A stretch of 63,684 nucleotides of DNA, the filler included, from Octopus bimaculoides (taxonomy: Eukaryota), in the NCBI RefSeq assembly GCF_001194135.2. It is 6 parts of 6 records of this genome, joined end to end, with 100 filler letters (N's around TTAATTAATTAA, not from the genome) between each part and the next. Parts side by side here need not be neighbours in the genome. Positions count along the whole stretch, not along the records: positions 35,965 to 56,161 come from NC_069001.1; 5 more parts are not named here. One strand, written 5' to 3'. Positions 36,340-51,015 of this stretch are shown here, in pieces. The notes beneath the pieces were generated by a model. The model was not told the origin of the DNA. It saw nothing but the letters and a program-made list of their open reading frames with translations, and did no database searches. Numbering within the stretch: the first letter of the stretch is position 1; each line of letters starts with the position of its first letter. A program made the translations under genes and the position numbers.

Positions 36340-37215
36340 TACGACCAGGAGCAGTGCGGGGGTATCATAGCCATGTGTTGAGAGGGGTTCTTTGTCCAGC
36401 CCGCAGCTTCTTTATGTCTGTTTGTCTTTGTTTGTCCCTTCTATGTAATGCCTTTATGGCAAAATTTATGAAATAGAGAGGGATTCTTTGCGGTTTGAGT
36501 ACTTCTTTCCTGGAAACATTGGTGCTTCGTTCATCATCATTAAACAACCGTTATTCAGAGACATTTTCAGCAGGATGAAACCAATTCTTACCGGGGCACC
36601 CACCCGCAAGGTCATGCGCTCTTTATCTTGACATGAGGCCACCATGCCGCGCACATATGGTTCTAATGCTTGTACCTTGTGAACCCTTCTTATCAGACGA
36701 ATCGTCGTGATGGGCATATTGGGCTTCATATAAACATACTTTGATGGCGTGTGATGCTCTCTCACTCAATCATAATAATAATGCCCGGATGTAGTGCCAG
36801 GCAATGGCTCTCATGGCTTCTCATCTTAACTGATTGGAAGTGTTATCATGGACATTGTTTTGTCTTGGTATAAAAAGATGGGCTATAGCAAATATTCTGC
36901 TTAATACCACAGATTTACTGGTCAGTTGCGTGACCTTAAACATTTCAGTATGTCCCTTCGTGGCTGACGATGTGTGCATCTCTGATCACGAGCAGAAGTA
37001 GTGGGGGAGCATTATAGCTGTGTGTTGAGAGAAATTCTTTGGGGTTTGAATAATACACCTCTGGGAACATGTGTTTCGTTCGTCATTCTTAAACAACCCT
37101 TATTCAGGAACTCTTTGAGTAGGAAGGGCTCCTCGATCTGAAGAAAATTCTAACTGGGCCCCCACCTGCGAGGTCATGCGCTAATTATCTTGATATGAGA
37201 TTACCATGTCACGCA
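36340..37215. mobile_element. Two head-to-tail diverged copies of an interspersed repeat, class uncertain
   Basis: CATAGCCATGTGTTGAGAG...AAACAACC...GGTCATGCGC...ACCATG motifs at both 36365-36660 and 37012-37215; the first copy ends in (AAT)n. Confidence 0.55.
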
Positions 37216-37777
37216 TATATGGGATGTCTGAGTGAAAGTTAGAGGTGGGGTGTAGGACCAGTCAGATTTGAGGAATAGAAACCAACTTAGTAGCGGTACA
37301 GGAGGGGCAGGAGACAACAACAGGTCTTTTATAAAGATACTGGAGTGTGGCGGAAAAGGGGAGAGCTTCTTCTGGAGTTGAGGCCTGTTAACTCTGGTGT
37401 TTTGTACAGCCATAAAACATGTAGCGATGAGTGTATGTATATATGTGTGGGTATATGTGTGTATGCATGAGTATACATATCTGTGTAGGTTTATGCGTCT
37501 ATATGCCAGTATATGTGTGTATATATGTATGTGTGTGTGTATATACAAATATGTATGAATATGTATGTACGTATATATTAGTGTGCATATATGTATGCAC
37601 AAATGCATGTCTGTCTGTATATATGCATAAGTGTGTGTGTGCGTGCGCGCGCACGTTTGTGTATACGAATGTATGTATTGTGTTGAAGGGTGTGTGTGTG
37701 TGTTTGCGTGCGAAGCGATTTATGCACAATCACAGTTAACACAGCGACGTACAAATGTCACATACATACATATATAT

Positions 37778-37839
<62 letters not shown>

Positions 37840-38271
37840 GCGCATACATGTATAGTGTTATAGCATTTTTAATGTTGCAATTCTAAGAAATATGCCAGTG
37901 GGAGGGGAGTGAGGTGGAGTCAGTAGAACTATTCCTACGCTACCTCCCACTACTTACCGCCATACATTCCCCCACATACACATACTACTACTACTACTAC
38001 TACTACTTTATGTGACTACTCTCTTTCTCTTTTTTTCTTTCTCCCCTCGTACTGTCTCTCTCTGTCTCTGTCCCTCTCTTTCTCTGTCCCTCTCTCTCTC
38101 TATCCCTTCTCATAACGTACTCTTCTATCTTCCGCTCGCCACCCCCTGTATAACTTGTTTACCTTCGTCTCTCAGTTGTGAAATGTAAGGATTGTCTCCT
38201 CTTGATGAGACAGAAAGGCAGAAGGGGAAAGAGAAAGAAAAGAGAAAGTGGCAGACAGACAAACAGAGAGT

Positions 38272-38353
<82 letters not shown>

Positions 38354-39941
38354 CTGTGATAGGTCGAGTGTGCTGCTGTGTAAGGCGGCCAGATTGTATA
38401 ATGCAGTATTGTAGTTTCATGTGTGACGTGAAAGTAAAGCGTTGATGTTTGATGACAGTTGATGTTGGTGTGGGGTTCCATACATATCGAGTTATTTGGG
38501 GCTGGATGGTAGTAGGGATTAGGGTCGGAAATTAATGGGGCTACAGGTTTCTTAGATAACGATGCAGGTAATCAATGTGAAAAAAGGGGCTGGTAAACAG
38601 CTGATCACTGGTGGTAAAATGAATTGTGACTGAAAGTTGAATATGGAAGTAAAAATGAGTTGTGATGTCTGCTGCTGGAGTTACGATAGTGAAAGCGAAA
38701 GTAGAGTTTCGTTGATTGGTGAGATTGCAGAGTAGAATTAGATAAACGATCGTTGAATGATGGCGAATAAAGAGAGAGAAATAGGAGAAATGTAGGGGAT
38801 AGGTAAATTTGGTATGTGGAGTGGAGAGAGAATATGAGTGGGGTATGATAATATAATACAGAAGGGTTCGACAGCAGATTTCGAAAATGGAGGTTTGTGT
38901 AAAATAATAAAACAAACAGATTTTAATAAACGATAAGACGGTTTTGTGTAATTAATAAAAGATTTCTGACGATAACGTATGTTGGATTCTGACTCAAAAT
39001 ACGGGTCGTAAATATATTGACATTGTCTCACTTATTCTATCACATCTTCATTCTCTCTTTCATTTCTTCTGTGTTCGCGTGCGTGCGTGTGTACGTGCAT
39101 GTGTTTGTGGGTTGGGTTTCCTTTTAATGTTTATCGCTCAGTACATCAACTGAATTTAGCGGTTAATAAAATTAGAATTAAGAAATGAAAGGAGAGCATC
39201 GCACGTGAAAGTAGATTAGGTTTAAGGAGAGCAAGCTGGTCTATTTAAAAGACTACTGTGTCACATGTACACATTATATACACACTTAGATATATATANN
39301 NNNNNNNNNNNNNNNNNNNNNNNNNNNNNNNNNNNNNNNNNNNNNNNNNNNNNNNNNNNNNNNNNNNNNNNNNNNNNNNNNNNNNNNNNNNNNNNNNNNN
39401 NNNNNNNNNNNNNNNNNNNNNNNNNNNNNNNNNNNNNNNNNNNNNNNNNNNNNNNNNNNNNNNNNNNNNNNNNNNNNNNNNNNNNNNNNNNNNNNNNNNN
39501 NNNNNNNNNNNNNNNNNNNNNNNNNNNNNNNNNNNNNNNNNNNNNNNNNNNNNNNNNNNNNNNNNNNNNNNNNNNNNNNNNNNNNNNNNNNNNNNNNNNN
39601 NNNNNNNNNNNNNNNNNNNNNNNNNNNNNNNNNNNNNNNNNNNNNNNNNNNNNNNNNNNNNNNNNNNNNNNNNNNNNNNNNNNNNNNNNNNNNNNNNNNN
39701 NNNNNNNNNNNNNNNNNNNNNNNNNNNNNNNNNNNNNNNNNNNNNNNNNNNNNNNNNNNNNNNNNNNNNNNNNNNNNNNNNNNNNNNNNNNNNNNNNNNN
39801 NNNNNNNNNNNNNNNNNNNNNNNNNNNNNNNNNNNNNNNNNNNNNNNNNNNNNNNNNNNNNNNNNNNNNNNNNNNNNNNNNNNNNNNNNNNNNNNNNNNN
39901 NNNNNNNNNNNNNNNNNNNNNNNNNNNNNNNNNNNNNNNNN

Positions 39942-40000
<59 letters not shown>

Positions 40001-41203
40001 ACGAACATAATTATGCCTATGAGTATGTGAGTACGTATCTATGTATGCCTATGTTATACATATACATACATGCTAAGATGTGCACGGTGTGTATATAAGA
40101 ACAGGTTACGATCAATAGACAGCCAGCTTCTGTCTCGGTAAATAGGTACAAACAGCATGCATCGTCACGAACGCATGCACTCACAATCGCACACACTCAC
40201 ACATCTGCTGTAGTCACTCATTTATATAGATTGGTGTGTATACATATGCACACATTTATACACATATACACTCGCATACATATACATATATATACACATA
40301 TGCATACATATACACACGCAGTTTGACTCGCAAAGTAATTTCTTTTATGAAACCCTCTCCACCTTCCCACAATCCCCTATGTCATGTGATCACTGATTCA
40401 CGTGATAATTTTGTTTTAGGTGAAATTGATTTGTGCATGGAAGTGTATTTATATATACAGGTATGTATGCATGTATGCATCTGTACATGTCCTACCTTAC
40501 GCGCATATGTCTGCTGTTGTATGTGTTTGATTGCCTACGTGCACCTGCGTGCGAGTCTGCATGCACGCACAAACGGATAGGTGTGTGTGTGTGTGTAAGT
40601 TACGTCACTGAAAGTATGTGTGCGCGCATTATGTGTGTATGTCTTTGTATGTGTGTGTGTGTGTGTCTTTACATTTATGTATATATGTGTATTAGCTGTG
40701 TTAAGTGTCTGTGCATGTATTTGTGCATACACACACACGTGTGTGTGTGTGTGAGTCTATATTTCTCTGTGTTTCTTAAATACCTGTGTTTGTGTGTTCG
40801 GCTGTTAAATACGCGATATTTGACTTCCTGAAGTGGTGTGACAGTAACACAGAGATTCGATTGAACGAAGAGACACCACAACCACAAGGAGCGAACGACC
40901 GGCTCCCAGATTCGGCTGGGCAGGAGCTCACCGCTGCCCTAGCTCCTTCCCTGTCTAGGGTTTACATTATTGAAGGCGTTTGGGTCCAACCAATAAACCG
41001 AGGTTTACAAGGCTTGGCACCAGTGATTGTCTCTTGAGACGGAATAGAAAAGAATGAGTGTTGGCAGATTGTTGTGAATGAAGTCGGAGGAGGAGGAGAA
41101 TGTTGCGCATGGGTGGGGAGGTCACATGACTGAGGAAGAAGGGAGTCGAAGAGACAGAAGAAAGTAGAGATGGCATATAACCTACACACATACATATATG
41201 CAC

Positions 41204-41268
<65 letters not shown>

Positions 41269-42541
41269 GAATTGGAAACTGCTTTGTCACGAAAATCCAG
41301 GCGTTTTACTTTCGCAGAGGTTTTTGAAGAGGTTGTTTTTCAGTGGCGTTTGGAGTGACCTAACCCCTTGAAACGTTAAGTTTTGTAAAGTCAAAGATGC
41401 CGAGTGAAATGTGATATAAATCTAACTTCGGGGTCACTTCTGGTCTTGTAATTGGAAGAATTCCGTCCAGATTTCAGAACGGCTGGTGTAGGGTCACTAT
41501 TTACAAAACAAATACAGAGGGTGATGAGACGAAATCTTTCCACGGTTCTGAAGATTTTTTTAAAAACTCACAATAAGAAGGTCTGAGACGTCGCCATATT
41601 ATCGATTCCCTCAGTTACTCGTTAGTTTTTCTACAGAACCAGAAAAAAAAAAGACAGTGTTTCGGTGAAAGATGAGTTTTACTGGTCAGAAAAGAATGGT
41701 AGTTCAAGTATGGTGTAGTGACTGAAGAAATATATTAAACCCGAGGGTCGATAATTTTGGGGAAATAATGTGAAAAGAGTTTGTGTTTATCCTTATTTAT
41801 TAGTTTCAGTCATTGCTCTGTGGTCACGCTGGAGCAACACCTTTAAAAAAAAAGCGTAACAAAGCGTCGGTTGGCACGAGAAAGCTTAATTTAAACTCGT
41901 TGATACAAATAAATTTAAAACTAAATAAACTTAAGAAAACTGTTTTGGTAGAAGAGTTTTATACTTTTGCTGACATTAGAGATTTTCTTTTTAGTGGGTT
42001 AAAAAGTACTTTAAAAGCCGCAGCGCCCTCTATGACTGACGTCTTTGCACCATCTCCATTAGAAACTGGGTCGTTGATGTCTTTATGTATGTCAAATAGA
42101 GACTCTCGTTAATTGTTTACCATCCGTTTGAATAATACTTGAATTGGATAGTGTGCATGTATTTTGAGGGCGAAAATACTCTCCACCCCTTCACATTAGC
42201 TGCTCTTTCACTGGAGAAATTTATTCATCGCTGCCTAAATAAACCACGGGACGACATTCTCGGTTGACAAGTATAACAAATGAACTTATATCAAAAATGC
42301 TTTATATTCCTAGAATGAACGGATCTGCATGACCGGTTTAATGAACTTAATGGAGGTAACTTTTTCGTTCCCCATCTTGCTCTGTGGACCATGTTGTAAT
42401 GTTCGCATAACTTGCTTTTGCTCTCGCCATGTCACTCTTCGTTAAACAATCAGAAAGAAATGATGGAAACCTTGTTTAGATTTCCTTCTGAAATTTCGGC
42501 ATGACAACAGTCTATGGCAGTGTGCCTCACCAAAGATGACC

Positions 42542-42686
42542 GTTGGGTGTGATTTGAAGGAGATTTGATTGCCATTTCTTGCAGACCATCACGATCATTG
42601 AATATACCACGAACGAACAAAGGAGATCGCTAAGTCGCTCGGTCTACCAGAAATGGCAATCAAATCTCCTTCAAATCACACCCAAC
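42542..42686. repeat. Perfect 38-bp inverted repeat with 69-bp spacer
   Basis: 42542-42579 is the exact reverse complement of 42649-42686. Confidence 0.95.
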
Positions 42687-44766
42687 TGTTTTAAACAAGA
42701 AGGACATACGGGGCAATGTCGTCCTAAACATACTGTCCGGAAATAAGACGAAGTACTTCGTAGCTGGAGCACTTTAGGTTATGGTACTTCGAGACCATGG
42801 TATGCCCAGGGTTAAATAATAGACAGTTTGTCAGTTTCGACGAGCAACATTTAGGGGTTTCTGTCAGCTGAACAAAAGATTCATTTAAAAAAGTTGTAAG
42901 TGGAAGAGTATTCCGTCAGTATTTATAGACTTTAACCTGGTTCCTGGCTCAAAAAAGTGTAACACAGTTTGACATGGTTGGTCCCCATTAAATTACAGGT
43001 AGTCTCAGGTCAACTCTGTTTTCATCCAGGGCGATGGATTGGTAGTATTCTGGATCAGGTGCCTTGCGGTATTCACTTTCTGATTCTTCACATTCCGGAC
43101 TTATATCCTACCTTCGACTACTTGACTGACGGACCGAAACTGTCACTTCAACTGGCTTTGGCACAGTTTCTGTCAACTAAATTTCAATTATATGACCAGA
43201 AGGTTATTGTAAAAGACATTTTCCCAAAGTACCGTGCAGTGAGTTCGAACTCTGAACTATATAGTTGCAAAGAAACTTCTTAATCACACAGCTCTAGTTG
43301 AACATTCCCCACACAATTTTTCATTAAATTTGAAAAGAAAAAAATAAACAAAATCAGGAATCGGAAGTAAATCCACTTAACAGTTAATTAATCCTGTTCA
43401 CTCATTATTCAAGGTGTTTTATTCATCCTTAACCGTTATTCTTTTTGTTAATGTTACTTATCTAATATCTATTACAGCGATCTTAAATTAAAATATCTAA
43501 AAATAAATATTGGACGATATTTTTAGTACAAAATCCAAAATAACATCTTTTTTTTCTTTTTTATTTGTGGAATTTTATTCTAAAATAAACGTTTCTCGGA
43601 GAAAAAGAAAATTGATAACTGCCAAATATTGAGTGGAATATTTCTTAGAATGACAGTAATCCTATTTTCTTCTGGATTCATTAGCAAATCTCCTCCCAAA
43701 ACTCAGATTACAAAACTAAAAATCTATATTTTATGAATGTTTTACTTCTTTTTTTTCTGCAAATATTCTTGTCTTTGGAACAAAGAAAAAATTTCTCTAT
43801 TTCTGTCTTTCTCTTAAATTCAATAATTTTACTCTTTCCGACATTTCTATGTCACTGTAGCAAATTTTGTTTTTTATTTTTTTCTATTTATTGCTGAGAT
43901 AAGCTAGTTCGATCCTCACTAGGTGTCCCCCCATATCTGCTGGGAGAGAAACATATCATGACGGGGGTGGGGGTATTCATTCCGTAATAGGTTCACGCTT
44001 ATACCTAAGCATGGTTGTATGGGTAAGAAGTTGACTTTATAACTTTGGTTTTAAGTTCGTTCCCGCTGTGCAGCACCTTGAGAAAGTGTCTTTTACCACA
44101 GATTTGGATTGAGTAATGCCTTGCGAATAAAACTGAGCAGGCGGAGACTGTGTGGAAGCCCATCGGCTATTTTCTGTTTGCAGCATACACTTAATTCGTT
44201 GATTGGTTTAACATCGCCACCTGTCCCTTGGGTACCTTTAGCAATGGGGCCCGCTCTGTTGCAAGTATTTGAGCCGGGATACTGTCTGACTACGCTTACT
44301 CCCTTCAACATCCCACTCTCGAACACCTGGTCCTTAAGGAACTCTAATAGAAGCTACTCTGTTGCTGCTCATTAACACCGTTACCTGGTCCTTGGATACG
44401 TTTACTAGAGTTTACTACGTTGTGTGCGTGTATGTGTGTGTATATGTGTATATATGTGTGTGCGTATATATGTGTATGTGTGTGTGAACGTATGTATGCA
44501 TCTATAGATAGAACAAACAGACAGACAGAGAGATATGTATGTAATGTGTTCTAATAATATTAAAAGTCGATAGTCCACTCTGAATTTTGCCCCAGGCTGG
44601 GCTGTTTACGACTGAACAACCTACTCTAAGTAAACGCCCAACTTTTGATATCTATCTACTCTACCCAACGTATTTGGATTCTATGTTAGATGGCGTTCAT
44701 AACTATGTGAAATGTATTTTAAAAACGATTTACAACTCTTAAATTATTATTATAATGAAACACGCA

Positions 44767-44841
<75 letters not shown>

Positions 44842-45500
44842 TCTAATGTATCCACATCTCTTAAACTTTCAAATCATCACTTAATAGGTAGACCACCATC
44901 ACTGGCGCCGCCTCACCTACCATCGTTCCCTGATTGTTTAAACCAATTAATTATTTAAACCGTTGCTAATATTCTAACTGGTGGGAAATATGTCCTGAAT
45001 CTGATCGTTTCACAACTATTTAAGAAGCCATTCCCTCTGTGATATCTTGTTCTCGAAAACCTATAATAAAAAGTGTTATTTTGTTTTTGTCGAAAACCTA
45101 GCTAGAAAATGTATGTTCTCCATAGCTGTATCTCCGTCAAAAACAGAATCTTACAAACCTAAAATGTTCTCGTCATCACACATGCCAATTCCATTCCCAG
45201 TTTGGAATTTCTCTCCGGTTAATACGTGACTCTTTAGTTCTCTAATCTGCCAGATATCATCCTGGACATTAAGCCACATAAACGTCATTCGTTTTTCTAT
45301 TGGTAGACTCTTTGAGAGCCTATTTCGAAGTAAATATCGTTATGTCTCAGATCAACTCCGTTAGAAACACAATGAAAGGTCGCTATGTTTTCATTACAGT
45401 GAACTAAATGAAGCAGTAAATTTAATAGAGTTTTATAAATAACTGTGTTTAATGTGTTAAGCAAACAATTGGAGTAAAATGCCTACAGACGAGGCGGTCG

Positions 45501-45808
45501 TGACGTCATCGTTATGCAAATATCTTCTTTTTAAGCCAATAATGCTTCATGAATCCTCATATCACAACAATATCTTCTGCTGTCAGAATTTCATCCGCCT
45601 ACTGAATTTACGATATTTTGACTTCTACGTAATCAGACAAGGTTTTACTAAGAAATAGCGACGACTAAACATTCTGGTTTAATTTAAATTGTATTTTCTT
45701 ACAAGAAACACTTTGAAACCCTCAGAAATCCTATCTCAATAACATTTCCAGTCGTCAACATCTCGTCCGCCCACTGGAATTGCGGTGACTATTTCCTTTT
45801 TATATAAA
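45501..45808 (+). promoter_or_regulatory. Candidate Pol II promoter/enhancer: CRE, octamer, CCAAT, GC box, TATA
   Basis: TGACGTCA 45501-45508, ATGCAAAT 45514-45521, AGCCAAT 45534-45540, CCGCCC 45767-45772, TATATAAA 45801-45808. Motif evidence only. Confidence 0.3.
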
Positions 45809-48114
45809 CGCAAAGAAAATGAAGATAATTCTAGCTGTAGAATTTCAATACCATTATCTGGTTAGAATTAATTTCCTACTCTGAAAGAAGATGGTAGCAA
45901 GCTGAAATATAATTTCATCAAGGCTAGCATTCCATTTCCACTGATGGCTGTATGGATATGAAATTCGTTTTGTAATTACTTGCTTTTCGGTTCGATCCCA
46001 GTACACAGCACTTTGAGCAAAGCGTCTTGTAGTATAACCCATGATCGATCAGAATTTTTGGAGCGGAATTTAATCAAGGGAATTTGCAAGGGCGGGGATG
46101 ACTTTCTGGGGAAGTGGTGTATATTTCTATTTCTGTGTTTATACGTATAGATTAGTGTATGCGCGTGCGTGCATATAGTGTATATAGCGTGTATGCGCAT
46201 AATGGCTGCATGGTAAAGAAAGTTGGTTTTGCAACTACAAGTTCCCGGGTTCGATCTACAGCATAACATCTTAAGCAAATGCCATTTCCCATAGCCTATG
46301 AGTAAAATTGTGTTGACGTAAGTTGCGCGCCGGGTGGATAGTACATTGTTTCAAATGATACGGCATTTTCATACCCTGTGTCACATTGATTCTCTCTGAG
46401 AATTACTTAAAGGCAGCGCCGTCTTAGTATGGCCACACTGGGGACTTGCCCCCAACCTCATGGGTGTTGGGACCCGGTTCTGATCTACGTATGCAGATCA
46501 TATTTCTGTCAATAAATGAATAATATAGGGCCCAATGCATTGATTTATCCGGAGGCCTTTAATGCTGTTAAGATGTCCCTGTTTAAAGGATCCACATGTC
46601 GGTGAAATGCAAAGACACTTAGACGTTGGTTCAGGGACGAAAAACTCTCTTGAACGAGAAACTGAATCATCATCATCGAACGACAGCGGTCCACCGCCAC
46701 CTATGATGTACGTATAAGTGCATAGCGAGAGATTACTATATGTTTATGCATGCGTATGTATATATATATAAACGCATATGTCTGTGTGTGCTCGCGTGTG
46801 CGGATGTGTCTGTTTTACATATCAGTTTTGTCTATGTATGCCGTTTTTTGTGGCTCATGATGTCTGGCTTTTCTGTCTTTCTCTGTGGCCATGTGTTTTG
46901 TTAAATGCATTAGACGGCAAGGCAGAAAGTCAATATTCCACCACACACACACACACACACACACGTGTATGTATGTATGTATGTATGTTTGCTAAAGAAA
47001 ACTAATGTACTGCAGACAAGATCCTCAACGGCGAGTCATTATCGAGGTTGCTATGGCAATCGGTTGGTAAGCTTTAGTTTCTTGACTACCATTGTATTAA
47101 TCAATGCCTGTCTCTCTAAAATAAATAATGAAGCGGCCATCTTTAAAATGAAACCAAAAGCTACAATCGTCATCACTAATGCAGGACGTTATACCCTTGT
47201 CAGGCTGACATGTGTTTCACATGTCACCGCCGCTTTACAGGGACAAGTAACCAGCAACACAAAAGAATACACACCGAGTTTGAAGCGGTTATAATTGTAT
47301 TCTGTTGCATTCTGATTATTAATAGAATGGTGAATGCAGCTCAAGAAAGAAGTGACTTCAGCTCGAAATAATCAAAACTTTGCAAACGGTTTCCATTCCT
47401 TTCACTTCGATGTTATTTTAGAAAATCAAGGACACTGCGCCATTTTGTTTTACCCCATTGTTTCCAGGGGCCACGGGCGCCATGTTTATGCAGTTATGTT
47501 GCACTGAGGGACATTCCCGTCATCTGCTGTTGACTGGGGGTTTCACTGGTTTCCGACCGTACCACACTCTCCAGCAGTGTCAAGCGCGTATCCAGGTTGT
47601 TTTGTCCCACATCGTAGTCTGTGTGTGTTTTCCCTCCATCAATCATACAACCACAGGCCGGGGACAGCTGTAACCACTTCTTCCAAACAGCAACGCTTCG
47701 CGAATACTCTTTGTTGGAAAACCATTAATCCTTTGCTTCCGTTTCTTTTGCCATTTGTAATTATCATCATCATCATCGTCGTCGTCGTCCTTCTTCTCCT
47801 CTTCATCATCATCATCTGTTGTGCAGTTTGGGGCGTTAGGTTGTCCCTAACTCTTTCGTGTTTTTTAGGTCTCTGTTCACAGTAATGCAGGTTTACGTTG
47901 GATTAGAACTCGGAACACAGACAACAGGAACAGATACTGCCTGTGATTGCGTCTGACGCGTTAACAATTCCGCCAATTCCTTGCCCTCCACTGATCTTTT
48001 ATTTATCGAATGTGAAGTGATTAATGATTTCTNNNNNNNNNNNNNNNNNNNNNNNNNNNNNNNNNNNNNNNNNNNNNNNNNNNNNNNNNNNNNNNNNNNN
48101 NNNNNNNNNNNNNN

Positions 48115-48148
<34 letters not shown>

Positions 48149-48902
48149 CTACGAGTGTAACAGCAAACGAAGTAAGCCTCAATATTATTGGAAATAAAGG
48201 ACTAATTTTATTAAATGACAGATACGGAACACTAACGTTTAGTACTCCGAGTTTCTGACCAGCGATTCAATTCCACGCTGCACTTGATCAGCTTTTACAG
48301 TTTTATGCATGTTTAATGCACACTTAATACAGTAACACACCAGTAAGTGTTCCATTATATCGGAAGACATGACCGAGAGCAAAGTAAAAAGATGAAAGCA
48401 ATAGTTACGGATCGTCTTGTTTGTGTCGTCTTTAACTTGTAAAAGATCCACAGATAATAATTTTGTTGGGAAATAAACAGTTGCTGATATAACATTTAAA
48501 CAGAATCTGAAATGAAAGGACAACCTAACATCTTGGCATCAGAGTTCGCTAGTAAATGGCAATTCAGGTGACATTTTAGTGTCATCTGTAAGTATAGAAA
48601 GATCAGCTTTTGAAAAGCATCACTTTAATTTATTCGCTTCGTTAAATTTATCGATAAACATTTTCAATTTTGTTTTGCATTTTTCTTAAATGTTTACATT
48701 TAGTTTTGTCGATAAATTTCGAGGTTGAAATATTAAAACTAAAATGTTATATAAACGTAGAAAATTTCTCAGCAGACATAAAATATATCGGAATTAATAA
48801 CTAAAGAAGAAATAAAGTCTGGTTAAAATGTTTTCCAATCATAAGTATTTTTAGTAACGCACACATACGCGAACACATAATTGCAGGCACGCAATCATAT
48901 AC

Positions 48903-48933
<31 letters not shown>

Positions 48934-49629
48934 NNNNNNNNNNNNNNNNNNNNNNNNNNNNNNNNNNNNNNNNNNNNNNNNNNNNNNNNNNNNNNNNNNN
49001 NNNNNNNNNNNNNNNNNNNNNNNNNNNNNNNNNNNNNNNNNNNNNNNNNNNNNNNNNNNNNNNNNNNNNNNNNNNNNNNNNNNNNNNNNNNNNNNNNNNN
49101 NNNNNNNNNNNNNNNNNNNNNNNNNNNNNNNNNNNNNNNNNNNNNNNNNNNNNNNNNNNNNNNNNNNNATATATATATATATATATATATAAACTATCAA
49201 CAATAGAGAAGAGTTGTGTGCCAGTAATTGGTGAAGATAATTCCAGAGGGATAACATAACGGGGAAGAAGGACTGTATCAGTAGCGTAGGTGAGTGGCAG
49301 GAGTCCCCGGCGATGCTTATTTGGGGACGATACTTTTTGTTTCTGTTGTATAAGTTTGTATAGGTTGTGCAGACCCAGGGTTTGTGGCGACAATTTCAGA
49401 GGCTGCCCCGGACACACTTTAGCTACTTTAGGACTGTGTAAAGTTTGGTGGAGGATCCATGGTTGGATGGATGGCAGAAGGACTTTTGAGTGGTGCTAAT
49501 GGAAACCAGGAGAGATCTAATTTGAATTTAACTCTTTCAGTTTGAAACAGGATACATCCAGGCTGGATGCACCCTATTTCAACAAATGGTTTTCATTTTA
49601 AACATTGTATGCTCAGGTTTAGATACCAA

Positions 49630-49786
49630 CACTAGCGTAGCTAGAGTGTGTACCGCCCGGAGAGGCCTCTTCGTTTGCCGCCCTCAGACCCCACAAAAAA
49701 CTCATATTGCCTACAACAGACCCAAAAGTGCCGCCTTTTGAAAAGTGCCGCCCAGAATCGGACTGCCCCACCCAGTTACGCTAGTG
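49630..49786. mobile_element. Short MITE, possibly Harbinger-like
   Basis: TIRs CACTAGCGTAGCT / AGTTACGCTAGTG (12 of 13 match); no clear TSD. Confidence 0.5.
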
Positions 49787-50090
49787 GATACTAACAATCC
49801 ACAATGATGTATATTATTAATGTGCGCGTGCGTGCGCGGGGCAAATGCAGTTCCCGTAATTTTTCATCATTTCCAGTAAGCTCGAGACGGGTTGACGAAG
49901 GTAGGAAGATATCTTCAAGGTAGAGATCTGACTCGAATGCTGGCAAGATAGAGAAATCAGATTAATGTAGCCAGGAACAATGATGTTCTCTCGGAGATGG
50001 ATGAAGTCTGCCACCTCAGAATTCCCAATATAAAGAACTGGAACAAATATCGCGACGTAATTTGTCCTACGTTCATACTCAGCCAATTCA

Positions 50091-50127
<37 letters not shown>

Positions 50128-50304
50128 GTGTGTGTTTTATTAATATACTTAACAAACCGTAATTTCCAATAGCAATGTTTAGTTTAGAGCCATGCGATTG
50201 TAAATATAATGGGATGTGTGAGGAGGAAGTGAATCACGTCATCGTTGCTAAGGAACCATACTCTAGCATTAATGGCTGGCTTCTTCTCCATAAACTCTTT
50301 GATG

Positions 50305-50339
<35 letters not shown>

Positions 50340-50921
50340 TGACATGATGAGAAGGAGACGAATGGAAACCGAGTAAAACGAAAATTATGTCGCGGCCGGT
50401 CATTCACCAAGAAAAGACATTGATTGAAAATACAAACCTTTGTATGTGCTTACATACATGTGTGTGTGTATATATATATGAAAGAGAGGGAGAGAGAGGT
50501 GTTCGTGTGTGTTTATGTAAATTGCAGGTGTATGTATTAAATATAGTAAATAATAATTTTCTGCTCTTGTAAGGTTTGCTGTTGTGATTGGTTACGTGAA
50601 ACTCAATACAAATAAATTCCTTGTTATTGCCTCATCGTATTTTGGCTTTAATTGTCAATTTGATATTTCTATGAATTTTATTTTAATCTCGGCCAAAATA
50701 AGTGAGACGAAATAAAAACGAAACATTTGTAGCCTCAAGATGAAGTAAAATACTTCAGTTTTGATACTGGAGAATGGTAAAGAGCCCCACCTCCCTGAAA
50801 GATAACTCCTCTGAACAATTGCAATCCTATTGCACTCACTCCCGATATCTCTAAGTTAATAATGGAGACTGCCACCAACAACGATGTTTCCTAACACACT
50901 GAATCTTTCTCTCTCTCTCTT

Positions 50922-50954
<33 letters not shown>

Positions 50955-50975
50955 TTCTTTCTCTCTCTTTCTCTT

Positions 50976-51015
<40 letters not shown>

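Noticed and set aside
40786-41037. 83-aa ORF in GC-richer unique sequence
   Set aside because: No recognisable domain or convincing splice sites; could be regulatory or UTR, but unsupported.
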